Assembly: GCA_944391965.1 (NCBI GenBank)
Contig: CALXVH010000006.1
Location: forward strand, 1-63,808
Direction of reading: 5' to 3'
DNA length: 63,808 nucleotides
From: an uncultured Clostridia bacterium
GTDB taxonomy: Bacteria; Bacillota; Clostridia; TANB77; CAG-508
Shown piece by piece: positions 1 through 8,210 of this stretch. Numbering within the stretch: position 1 is the first letter of the stretch; every line of letters starts with the position of its first letter. The position numbers and the translations under genes are program-made. The notes below the pieces were generated by a model, which saw only the letters and a program-made list of their open reading frames with translations, searched no databases and had not been told where the DNA came from.

Positions 1-3
1 AAT

Positions 4-77
<74 letters not shown>

Positions 78-109
78 GACAATATAATCTAAAATTTTCA
101 TGAACAAAC

Positions 110-183
<74 letters not shown>

Positions 184-189
184 TTAATT

Positions 190-219
190 AGCAACAACTG
201 ACTTAGTTGTTGCTTTTTT
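190..219 (+). terminator. Intrinsic terminator after the tRNA-Gly pair
   Basis: agcaacaact-gactt-agttgttgct followed by a T run. Confidence 0.85.
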
Positions 220-242
220 ACTACATTCTAAACACTTAATTT

Positions 243-316
243 GCGGGTATATTTTAATGGTAGAATTTCGTGCTTCCGACCCGAAGGTGTGGGTTCGATT
301 CCCACTACCCGCTCCA
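243..316 (+). tRNA. Atypical tRNA-Gly (nominal anticodon TCC; loop CTTCCGA, G37, mismatched anticodon stem)
   Basis: Acceptor gcgggta/tacccgc, U73 and CCA (Gly identity); perfect T arm gtggg/cccac; weak D stem tttt/gaat; anticodon stem tcgtg/cccga with U30-C40 mismatch. Confidence 0.85.
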
Positions 317-582
317 ATATATATTATTACATTAAATAATTTAACTCCCTAAATATATATTTTTTTGATAAATTAACAAATTGTTCTTTATATATGTTTT
401 CAACATTCTTTTATTTTATAAAACTTTGCAAAATATAAATTATATAAAATTTTTATCACATAATATTAGATCTAAAAACTATTGGATTTGAATCATATAA
501 TAAAACTCTAAAAACTTAATAAATGTAATATCTTATTTTTCCTCTAATAATTAGAATCACATTAAAAATAAATATATTTTCA

Positions 583-611
583 TTGAAATTTAACAATAAA
601 TTAGATATAAT
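583..611 (+). promoter_or_regulatory. Putative sigma-A promoter for the 621 ORF
   Basis: TTGAAA-17 nt-TATAAT, ending 9 nt before the ATG. Confidence 0.45.
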
Positions 612-620
612 TAAATTATT

Positions 621-1697
621 ATGAATAATTTAGTTATGTTTATAAAAAATAAATTAATTGAACTAACTTTAAAGAAAAATAAATTGTTAGATCATTTAGG
701 ATTGCTATCAACAAGTTCAGAAAGTTTTGGATCTATCCATGATATATTAAAAAACTTAAACTCTTCTAAAATTAATTTACAATTACATAAAGAAGATTCA
801 AAAGATAAAGACTATATCTTTTCTATAATAAACACTCTAGAAAAAAATGGAATACAAGTTACTTTAACAGAATTTGATAAAATTTTTTCTAATGAAGATG
901 TTAAAAATATTAGTCAATTTTGTAAAACAGCCAAAATAGATTTTAGGTATGTATATCCTAATTTTTGGGGTGCAACCAATATTAATACTAAAATGGATAT
1001 CAAATCTTATCTTAAAATATTAAAAAAAATTGAATATTTAACTAAAGTTGCAACTTCAAATTTTATTCGAAAAGAAGAACAAATAATATTCATTGCTAAT
1101 CAAATATCGGAATACGTAACTTATGATTTTGAAAATGAAAAAAAGTCAGAAGAAGAATATCTTAAACTTTCTAGTTTACAAGGATGTTTAGAAGACAGAA
1201 ATACAGTCTGTGCCGGAATTGCCTTTGCTTTTGAACGATGTATGACAGAAATGGGAATTAAAAACATCCTTATTCTTGGTTACAGTGGAAAAAAGGATAA
1301 CCCATCAGGAATAGATAACAACCACGTTTGGAATAAAGTTTATATTGATGGTAAGTGGTACAATGTTGATATTACTAACATACTTAAAAATCCGAACACT
1401 ACTCTTTCTAAAGAAGAAAGAGTAAATATTTTTATATTATCAAGTGACAAAAGTTTAAGTAAAGTAGGCAATGTGATAACTGATTACAGCAATATCCCTG
1501 ACTCTAATGAGAATTTTGCAGAAACATTAGATATATATAGAAAAATAAATAAAGTCAAAAATGTTTTAAAAGATTATGATAATGGAAATAGAAATCTGTT
1601 TTTAAAATATAAAGTTGAATATACTAATACTTCTAATTCAATTGAACAATTATCAAAAACAAGAAACAATAATAAAAAAGATGGAAAAACTAGATAA
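621..1697 (+). CDS. Transglutaminase-like (papain-fold) domain protein
   Basis: Cys-His-Asp motifs VCAGIAFAF ... NHVWNKVYIDGKWYNVDIT. Confidence 0.8.
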   Translation: MNNLVMFIKNKLIELTLKKNKLLDHLGLLSTSSESFGSIHDILKNLNSSKINLQLHKEDSKDKDYIFSIINTLEKNGIQVTLTEFDKIFSNEDVKNISQFCKTAKIDFRYVYPNFWGATNINTKMDIKSYLKILKKIEYLTKVATSNFIRKEEQIIFIANQISEYVTYDFENEKKSEEEYLKLSSLQGCLEDRNTVCAGIAFAFERCMTEMGIKNILILGYSGKKDNPSGIDNNHVWNKVYIDGKWYNVDITNILKNPNTTLSKEERVNIFILSSDKSLSKVGNVITDYSNIPDSNENFAETLDIYRKINKVKNVLKDYDNGNRNLFLKYKVEYTNTSNSIEQLSKTRNNNKKDGKTR

Positions 1698-1958
1698 AAA
1701 TCTTATAATTATAGTGAGAAAGAAATTATTGACTTTCTCATTATTACCCTTATTTGAACTTATTACTGCATAAATCTCTATCCAGTAATATTATTAACAT
1801 TCTATAATAGTTAGTGTAACATATATAATTCAAAAAATTGTCGGATTAAAATTGACGGAACTTTTGATTGGGCACATGCATATGATTACGCAACTCGCCA
1901 GCCAGGTATGGATGATCTGTATCCTCCAACTAAGTAGTATATGAAGACTTCTTTAAGT

Positions 1959-1995
1959 AAACAACGCTAAGTATTTATAAAACTTAGCGTTGTTT
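1959..1995. terminator. Bidirectional terminator-like hairpin
   Basis: aaacaacgctaagt ... acttagcgttgttt between convergent genes. Confidence 0.7.
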
Positions 1996-2108
1996 GCATT
2001 TTAATTATTAATCATATTTAAAAATTATATCAAATCATTACAAATTATCATCTTCTTCAATTATTCTTTTTCATTTTATATTTTCCATATTACATCTCCA
2101 ACCATTGT

Positions 2109-2756
2109 TTATCCTTTATCAATTATCCACTTAATATCTTCTATAGCTTTGTCAATATTAAATCTTCCATTTCCCACAGGATAATAAACTGAATAAAATT
2201 TATATTTATTACCATTAATTTCTTTTTCAAAACATTTTTTCCTAACTTGTGATACTGATATTTTTTCTTCTAACACAATGGAACTAACTTGATTTCCAAA
2301 TAAAATAATAACTTTAGGTTTAACTATATTTATTTCTTGTTTAAACAATTCTAAATATTCTTTATAGATTGAATCTGGTAATTCTCTGGCATCAATTTGA
2401 GTACACTTTCCCAAATTTGTTATAAAATATTTATGTTTCTTTACATTATCATAGACTTCTTCTGCAAATTCTTCTGTCCATTCGCTCCCCTTTATAGCTC
2501 TTATTTTTTCATATATATCATTATCTAATAAATTTATTTTAAAAAACAAATCCCAAATGTTTTTTGTTCCAATCCAAGGAGCCTTTAAGCCTTTCCATTC
2601 TTTTGATGATGCTATATTTCTTCCTGTTGGATTCATAAAAACAAAACATATTTCTGGGTTAATAGCACATCCTCCATTATAAATTGAATCTAATTCTTTA
2701 GCACCATATTTTTTCTGAAGCTTATCATATTCTTTAGCTAAATCTTTTAATTTCAT
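2109..2756 (-). CDS. Uracil-DNA glycosylase superfamily protein
   Basis: CFVFMNPT motif A-like, FITNLGKC, EINIVKPKVIILFG and YYP motif B-like. Confidence 0.75.
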   Translation of the reverse strand: MKLKDLAKEYDKLQKKYGAKELDSIYNGGCAINPEICFVFMNPTGRNIASSKEWKGLKAPWIGTKNIWDLFFKINLLDNDIYEKIRAIKGSEWTEEFAEEVYDNVKKHKYFITNLGKCTQIDARELPDSIYKEYLELFKQEINIVKPKVIILFGNQVSSIVLEEKISVSQVRKKCFEKEINGNKYKFYSVYYPVGNGRFNIDKAIEDIKWIIDKG

Positions 2757-2780
2757 TTTATTCTCCTATTACTTTTATTT

Positions 2781-3479
2781 TTATTGGCTTTCAATTATAT
2801 AATATTTACAGTCCCTATATTTATATTTTGGATCTCTTGCATTAATATTGATTATTTTACAATCTTTCCATTGGAATGGGTATTTTTTATCTTGCAAATC
2901 AATTATATATTTTTCTCTACCAGTTGGTTTTAATATTTTCCCTGTAAGTAATTCTTTATAATCTCCACGAAAATATTTATAAATATCTATTCCTCTATTT
3001 CCTTCATGGTTACCTTTATAAAAAGACCTTCCTCTTCCTCGTGCCCACACTAATGTTATGCAATATGTTTTTTGAAATTTTTTTTGATTTACTAATTCTT
3101 GCATAAATCTAACATCTTTTACACAACTAAACATTTGCTCAGGGTACTGCCCATTTAATGGAAATTTTAATTCTATGGCATACTGCTGTGAATGATCATA
3201 TTTATAAATTGAAATATCAATCTCTTTTTTTAATACTTTACTATTAATAAAACTATAATTGATATTAAAGTACTTCTTTGCATTTCTTTCGAATTCAATT
3301 TTATATTCTTTTCCATCGTCACATTCTTTTCTTAATTTATACCTTAAAAATATACCTAATTCGTGTTGAAAACTAAACTCGTTATATATTTCAAGTTCAT
3401 TTTCACAAAGGTATTCAAAAAATTCTTCAATCATTTTTTCAAATCTTTCTTTATTTTCGAAATAATCGGAAACTTTCAT
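2781..3479 (-). CDS. Hypothetical protein, PD-(D/E)XK nuclease-like
   Basis: NEFSFQHEL helix, then EIDISI ... AIELK pattern typical of the restriction-endonuclease fold. Confidence 0.55.
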   Translation of the reverse strand: MKVSDYFENKERFEKMIEEFFEYLCENELEIYNEFSFQHELGIFLRYKLRKECDDGKEYKIEFERNAKKYFNINYSFINSKVLKKEIDISIYKYDHSQQYAIELKFPLNGQYPEQMFSCVKDVRFMQELVNQKKFQKTYCITLVWARGRGRSFYKGNHEGNRGIDIYKYFRGDYKELLTGKILKPTGREKYIIDLQDKKYPFQWKDCKIININARDPKYKYRDCKYYIIESQ

Positions 3480-3647
3480 ATATTACTCCACAATTTATAT
3501 TAATTATACCTACTATATCATTTACTTAAAATATAATCTACAATATTTTTGGATTTCTATTAACTTTTAGGCCTATCTTGTAAAAAAATATAATTTATGC
3601 TATAGATAATTATAAATATTATTACAATTTTAAGAAGGGAAATTTTT

Positions 3648-4361
3648 ATGACTAGCTTTGGATTAAAAATAATAGCAATAATTAGTATGTTTATAGATCA
3701 TTTAGGAGATGCTTGGTTTAAAAGAACTACAGGAATGAATTTAATTGGTAGATTTGCATTTCCTATTTTTGCCTTTCAAATTTCTGAAGGATATATTCAT
3801 ACCAAAAATTTAAAAAAATATTTTTTGAGACTTTTTATTTTTGCATTAATATCTCAAATCCCATTTATGCTTTTTCGCTCTACATTTACAACAGGATTCT
3901 CTCTTAATATATTTTTTACTTTATTTTTGGGATTATTTACAATATTTTTATATGATAAATTTACAAATAATTCTTATCCCTTAACAAAAGTCAAAAAAAT
4001 AGATAATTTTTTAAAATATTTTTTTGCATTCTGTTGTTTTCTTTTAATTGGGTTATTAGCAGAAGTCGCAAAGTTTGATTATGGTTTTTTTGGTATTTTT
4101 ATAATATTTTCATTTTATGTTTTTAGAAATAAAAAAATTTTTATGTATATATCTTTTATTATTGCATCTATACTAAGACATGGATTAATGATTTATACTA
4201 ATGGTTACCATTATTTATATATTTTATTAACTATTTTTACTATATTGCCACTTCTTCTTATTAATATTTATAATGGAAAACAGGGAAGAAAAGTTAAATA
4301 TTTTATTTATGCTTTCTATCCAATTCATTTACTAATATTATATTTTATTTTTAGGACTTAA
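3648..4361 (+). CDS. TraX-family membrane acyltransferase
   Basis: LKIIAIISMFIDH ... GRFAFPIFAFQISEGYIHT ... YNGKQG ... FYPIHL signature; multiple TM segments. Confidence 0.85.
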   Translation: MTSFGLKIIAIISMFIDHLGDAWFKRTTGMNLIGRFAFPIFAFQISEGYIHTKNLKKYFLRLFIFALISQIPFMLFRSTFTTGFSLNIFFTLFLGLFTIFLYDKFTNNSYPLTKVKKIDNFLKYFFAFCCFLLIGLLAEVAKFDYGFFGIFIIFSFYVFRNKKIFMYISFIIASILRHGLMIYTNGYHYLYILLTIFTILPLLLINIYNGKQGRKVKYFIYAFYPIHLLILYFIFRT

Positions 4362-4407
4362 ACTTTCCATTACTAAATAACAGTCTTCTAATTTATAACA
4401 AACTTGT

Positions 4408-4437
4408 TAATGAGTGCAAAAGAATTCGCACTCATTA
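4408..4437. terminator. Bidirectional terminator
   Basis: taatgagtgc ... gcactcatta between convergent genes. Confidence 0.7.
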
Positions 4438-4531
4438 TTTAGTTTGCTCTGCTTAGTGATGATCCACCAAACATTTTAGTACTAGCTTATTTATATATTT
4501 TATTTTAATAAGATTAATTTAGTAATACTGA

Positions 4532-5209
4532 TTAAAATTTGTATTCGCTTAATATTTCATCATATTTTTCGTATTTAGGAAAATATTTTTGTAATAATTT
4601 ATAAAAACTTTTTGCATGTGTTTTAAATTTTAAATGGCATAATTCATGTATTATTATATATCTTATACAATTTTCATCTAATTCCATTATTTTTGAATTA
4701 ATATAAATTTCTTTTTTATCAAAGTCAAATTTAGCAATTTCTTTTGAATCTTGAATAATACTATAATCTTCTGGAACTAAACCAGTTTCGATTCTGATTT
4801 CTTCAAAAACATTTTCTAGATGTCTTTCTGCTAATTTTGCATACATTTTATTTAATATAACATCTATTATTTTTTTGTTATTTCTTCCTTCCAATTTTAC
4901 TGGTAATTTTATTTCTATATAATTATTGTTTAAATTTAATTCTGGAGTCTTAATGTTTGCATATATAACTTTTACTGCATAATTAATCCCCAATATTTTT
5001 GCACTATTATATAATGATACTTCTTCCATCTCATTTAACTTCTTTATTATCCAGTTTTTGTTTTCTTTTATAGCATCTTGTATTCTTTGTTTAGAAAAAT
5101 ACCAAGGAGCTTTTACTACTACTTCTCCATTATTTACTAAGATAGAGAAATTCCCAAATATAGCTTTATCTATTGTATATGAAATTATATTTTCTTTTAC
5201 TTTTTTCAT
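4532..5209 (-). CDS. YgjP/DUF45-like (M48-type) zinc metallohydrolase
   Basis: VVVKAPW N-terminus; YIIIHELCHLK..H...FY motif. Confidence 0.8.
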   Translation of the reverse strand: MKKVKENIISYTIDKAIFGNFSILVNNGEVVVKAPWYFSKQRIQDAIKENKNWIIKKLNEMEEVSLYNSAKILGINYAVKVIYANIKTPELNLNNNYIEIKLPVKLEGRNNKKIIDVILNKMYAKLAERHLENVFEEIRIETGLVPEDYSIIQDSKEIAKFDFDKKEIYINSKIMELDENCIRYIIIHELCHLKFKTHAKSFYKLLQKYFPKYEKYDEILSEYKF

Positions 5210-5232
5210 AATAAACCTCCTTAATATTTTTT

Positions 5233-5312
5233 CGAACTCTTGTTTGCTTTTGTTGAATGTATTTTATATTCTTATATAAATTTTGTCAATAGTTTTTTCG
5301 AAATTTTGTTCG
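5233..5312 (-). promoter_or_regulatory. Sigma-A promoter flanked by two putative LexA boxes
   Basis: CGAACtcttGTTTG (5233-5246) and CGAAAttttGTTCG (5299-5312) resemble CGAAC-N4-GTTCG; minus-strand TTGACA-17-TAAAAT lies between them. Confidence 0.6.
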
Positions 5313-5368
5313 GTTTTTTACAAAAAAATTTTATCCCTCCGTAAAATGGCTCTACAAAGGGATTTTTA

Positions 5369-5442
5369 TGGTTCGGGTAGTTAGATTCGAACTAACGATC
5401 GTAGGGTCAGAGCCTACTGCCTTACCGCTTGGCCATACCCGA
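5369..5442 (-). tRNA. tRNA-Gln(CTG)
   Basis: Reverse-strand cloverleaf tcgggta...gtagg-ctctgac-cctac...ttcgaat...tacccga-a-cca; U1-A72. Confidence 0.95.
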
Positions 5443-5447
5443 ATATT

Positions 5448-5484
5448 AAGCTAGATATATAATAATATATATCTAGCTTTTTTT
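5448..5484. terminator. Terminator-like hairpin after plsC
   Basis: aagctagatatat ... atatatctagctt. Confidence 0.5.
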
Positions 5485-5487
5485 CAA

Positions 5488-6084
5488 CTATTTCTTTTTA
5501 ATTTCTTGTTCTAAATCATAAATTATATTTATCATCTTTTTCGAATATTCTCGTATTTTTTCTTTATTGTCCTTTATCTCTGTGGGTATTTCTATTATAT
5601 CACCTATTACTACATAAACTTTTTGAAAAAGATGTGGTCTTCTTGTAATAAATACTGGTAATATTGGTACTCCACTTTCTGCCGCAAAATATACTGCACC
5701 ATTTTTTACTTTATTTCTTAAATCTTCTTTTTTCTTTAATATTCCACCTTCTGGAAACATTAGAAGTTTCGAATTTTCTTCTAAATTCAAACATTCTATA
5801 GCATGAAGAGTACTTTTTACATCTCTTTTTTCTCTGTTTACTGGAAATACTCTATATCTTCTAAATAATTTAGCTAATAGTTTATTCTTAAATATCTCAG
5901 ACTTTGCCATTATAGATAAATTATCTACTATTGGAAATATAAATGTTGGATCTAAAACGTTTGAATGATTTGGACAGATAATATATTTCTTATTATTATC
6001 TATCTTTTCCAAGCCTATATATCTAACTCTATATATAAAATGACAACAAAGTCCTTTTACTAATGCCTTCATTATTTTATACAT
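5488..6084 (-). CDS. plsC: 1-acyl-sn-glycerol-3-phosphate acyltransferase
   Basis: NHSNVLD (NHxxxxD) and FPEG motifs. Confidence 0.88.
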   Translation of the reverse strand: MYKIMKALVKGLCCHFIYRVRYIGLEKIDNNKKYIICPNHSNVLDPTFIFPIVDNLSIMAKSEIFKNKLLAKLFRRYRVFPVNREKRDVKSTLHAIECLNLEENSKLLMFPEGGILKKKEDLRNKVKNGAVYFAAESGVPILPVFITRRPHLFQKVYVVIGDIIEIPTEIKDNKEKIREYSKKMINIIYDLEQEIKKK

Positions 6085-6113
6085 ATAAAATATCTCCTTT
6101 TCCTTTAAAAAGT

Positions 6114-8129
6114 CTATTTAAATATTTGTGTTACTTTAGGAAATAGATAATGACTTCCTCCTACTGAATTTGCATCTTCTACCATACTTACTACAACTAA
6201 TTGCTTAGCTGCTGTTTCATCAGCTGTAAATGCATTAAACCAACCAATAACCTCTCCTTCTTCATCTTTACTTGCTTTTAGTTCTGCTGTTCCTGTTTTT
6301 GCACCAATTGTTAATCCTTCTATTTTTGCATCATGTGCGGTTCCATTTGGATTTTCGACAACTTGTATTAAATCTTCTTTTATTGTATTTGCTGCCTCTT
6401 CTGATATAGCATTTTCCTTTAAATATTCTGGTTGTTTATTTTCTTCATATATTATTGTAGGTTTTATCATATTTCCATTATTTACAAATGCAGAATATAT
6501 TGATGCCATATGTATTGGATTTACTAAGATTTGTCCTTGGCCATATCCACTATCTGCGAGTTGAACTTCATCATCTATCTTTCCATCTGTATCATATGTT
6601 GATTTTGATGTAGAAAGTTCAAAACTTATATCTTCATTAAAGCCTAACTTATTAAGACCTTCCATAAATCCATCATATCCTATTTTTAAAGCTGCTTTTG
6701 CAAAATATATATTATCTGATCTTATTAATGCATTTTGCATATTTGCTGTTTCATTATATGGGGTTAATGTTGTTACCATATAATTTCCCCAACTAGAATC
6801 TTTTTGCCAGCTAAGTCCACTTCTTCCAAAATCCTCATTAGGATCAATCTTTCCTTCTGTTATTCCAATTGCTCCTGTTACTGGCTTAAAAGTTGAGCCT
6901 GGTGACCACGTTCCAGTAAATCTATTTAATAATGGTTTATTTTCATCTTGATTTAATGAATTCCATTCATCTGTACTCATTCCTAGAACAAAATCATTAG
7001 AATCATATGATGGTGTACTTACTAAGGCTAAGATTTCTCCTGTTTTGGAATCCATTGCTACATATGCACCCTTATTTTCGTCTAGGCTATCATAAACTTG
7101 CTTTTGTGTAGCTGCATCTATTGTTAATTTTACATCTTTACCATTTTCCAACTCTTGTTTGGCTATTGTTTTTACTTTATCTCCATCTTCATTTTCTATA
7201 TAAATTTCTTTTCCATCTTTTCCTCTTAATGTTTCTTCATAAGCTTTTTCTATTCCTGCTTTACCTATTAAACTATTGCTATTATAACCTTTTCCTGCAT
7301 TTTCTTCTAATTCTTCTGCACTTATGGCTTGTACATAACCAATAAGTTGTGAAGCTTCTTTTCCTAAAGTATATACTCTTGAGCTTTCTGTAGTAATTTT
7401 TACGCCAGGAATTGTTAATGCTTGCTCTTTTATTTGAGATTCTGTCGTTGCAACATTTTTTATTGGTACAAAAGTATCGTCTTTAACATATGACATGTTC
7501 AATTTATTATTTATTGAATCTACTGACACTCCTAAAATTGTTGATAATTTCTGTATATCCTCATCTTTATTAGCACTCATCTTCCCTGGTACAAGTCCTA
7601 TTGATGAAATATTTCCCTTCCCTGCTAACAAAACATTATTTCTATCATATATATTTCCACGTTCAGCTTCTAATGTTTTAACTCTTACTTTATCATTATC
7701 ACCTAACTCAGGAAAGATTATACTATTTGACCAATTAAGTTTATATTCTTTATCTTCTTTTACAAGTGTCGCTGTATTTGTAAAGTTAACCTCGCCTGCT
7801 GAAGTATTCATTTTTTGTGTATATGTAATTTGTTCTCCATTATCTACTTTTTCTACATTTGTAATTTCTGTTGATAAATTTGTCATATCTATTCCGCTAT
7901 ATATTGAATCATTTTTGTTTACAAATGTCTCTTTGGCAGTCTTGTCTTGACTTGATGAACTTATTAGCTCATATGCTTCTTCATATTTTTGCTCACTTAT
8001 TTTTGAGAAGTAATTATTTAACGCATCTTCTGGTTTTTCTGTCTTATTTAAGATAAAAAAAGCTATAATTGCTACAATTATAATTACTAATATTATTAAC
8101 GTCCCTATTAATACCTTTTTATTTTTCAT
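6114..8129 (-). CDS. Class B penicillin-binding protein with NTF2-like (MecA_N) domain
   Basis: N-terminal TM anchor, RGNIYDRN dimerisation domain, transpeptidase motifs STFK, SDN, KTG. Confidence 0.9.
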   Translation of the reverse strand: MKNKKVLIGTLIILVIIIVAIIAFFILNKTEKPEDALNNYFSKISEQKYEEAYELISSSSQDKTAKETFVNKNDSIYSGIDMTNLSTEITNVEKVDNGEQITYTQKMNTSAGEVNFTNTATLVKEDKEYKLNWSNSIIFPELGDNDKVRVKTLEAERGNIYDRNNVLLAGKGNISSIGLVPGKMSANKDEDIQKLSTILGVSVDSINNKLNMSYVKDDTFVPIKNVATTESQIKEQALTIPGVKITTESSRVYTLGKEASQLIGYVQAISAEELEENAGKGYNSNSLIGKAGIEKAYEETLRGKDGKEIYIENEDGDKVKTIAKQELENGKDVKLTIDAATQKQVYDSLDENKGAYVAMDSKTGEILALVSTPSYDSNDFVLGMSTDEWNSLNQDENKPLLNRFTGTWSPGSTFKPVTGAIGITEGKIDPNEDFGRSGLSWQKDSSWGNYMVTTLTPYNETANMQNALIRSDNIYFAKAALKIGYDGFMEGLNKLGFNEDISFELSTSKSTYDTDGKIDDEVQLADSGYGQGQILVNPIHMASIYSAFVNNGNMIKPTIIYEENKQPEYLKENAISEEAANTIKEDLIQVVENPNGTAHDAKIEGLTIGAKTGTAELKASKDEEGEVIGWFNAFTADETAAKQLVVVSMVEDANSVGGSHYLFPKVTQIFK

Positions 8130-8177
8130 ATACTCCCCTCCTTTCGGTATAATATATCATTTTTTTACAAAAGTAAA

Positions 8178-8202
8178 TAGAGTCATTATTTAAATGACTC
8201 TA
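8178..8202 (-). terminator. Terminator-like hairpin after ABC transporter
   Basis: tagagtcatt ... aatgactcta. Confidence 0.55.
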
Positions 8203-8210
8203 CTCTTAGT

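Noticed and set aside
243-316. Calling the third tRNA a standard tRNA-Arg(CCG)
   Set aside because: Centering CCG in a 7-nt loop destroys the anticodon stem, and the acceptor/discriminator bases are Gly-type
2036-2090. Tiny ORFs (MENIK*, MKRIIEEDDNL*) with an RBS after the UDG-like gene
   Set aside because: Too short to support; at most a truncated gene start
3648-4361. TraX as evidence of a conjugative element
   Set aside because: Solitary TraX-family genes are common on chromosomes, and no relaxase or T4SS genes are nearby
6114-8129. Calling the PBP mecA
   Set aside because: It shares the domain architecture only; there is no mecR/mecI or SCC context and identity cannot be established by eye
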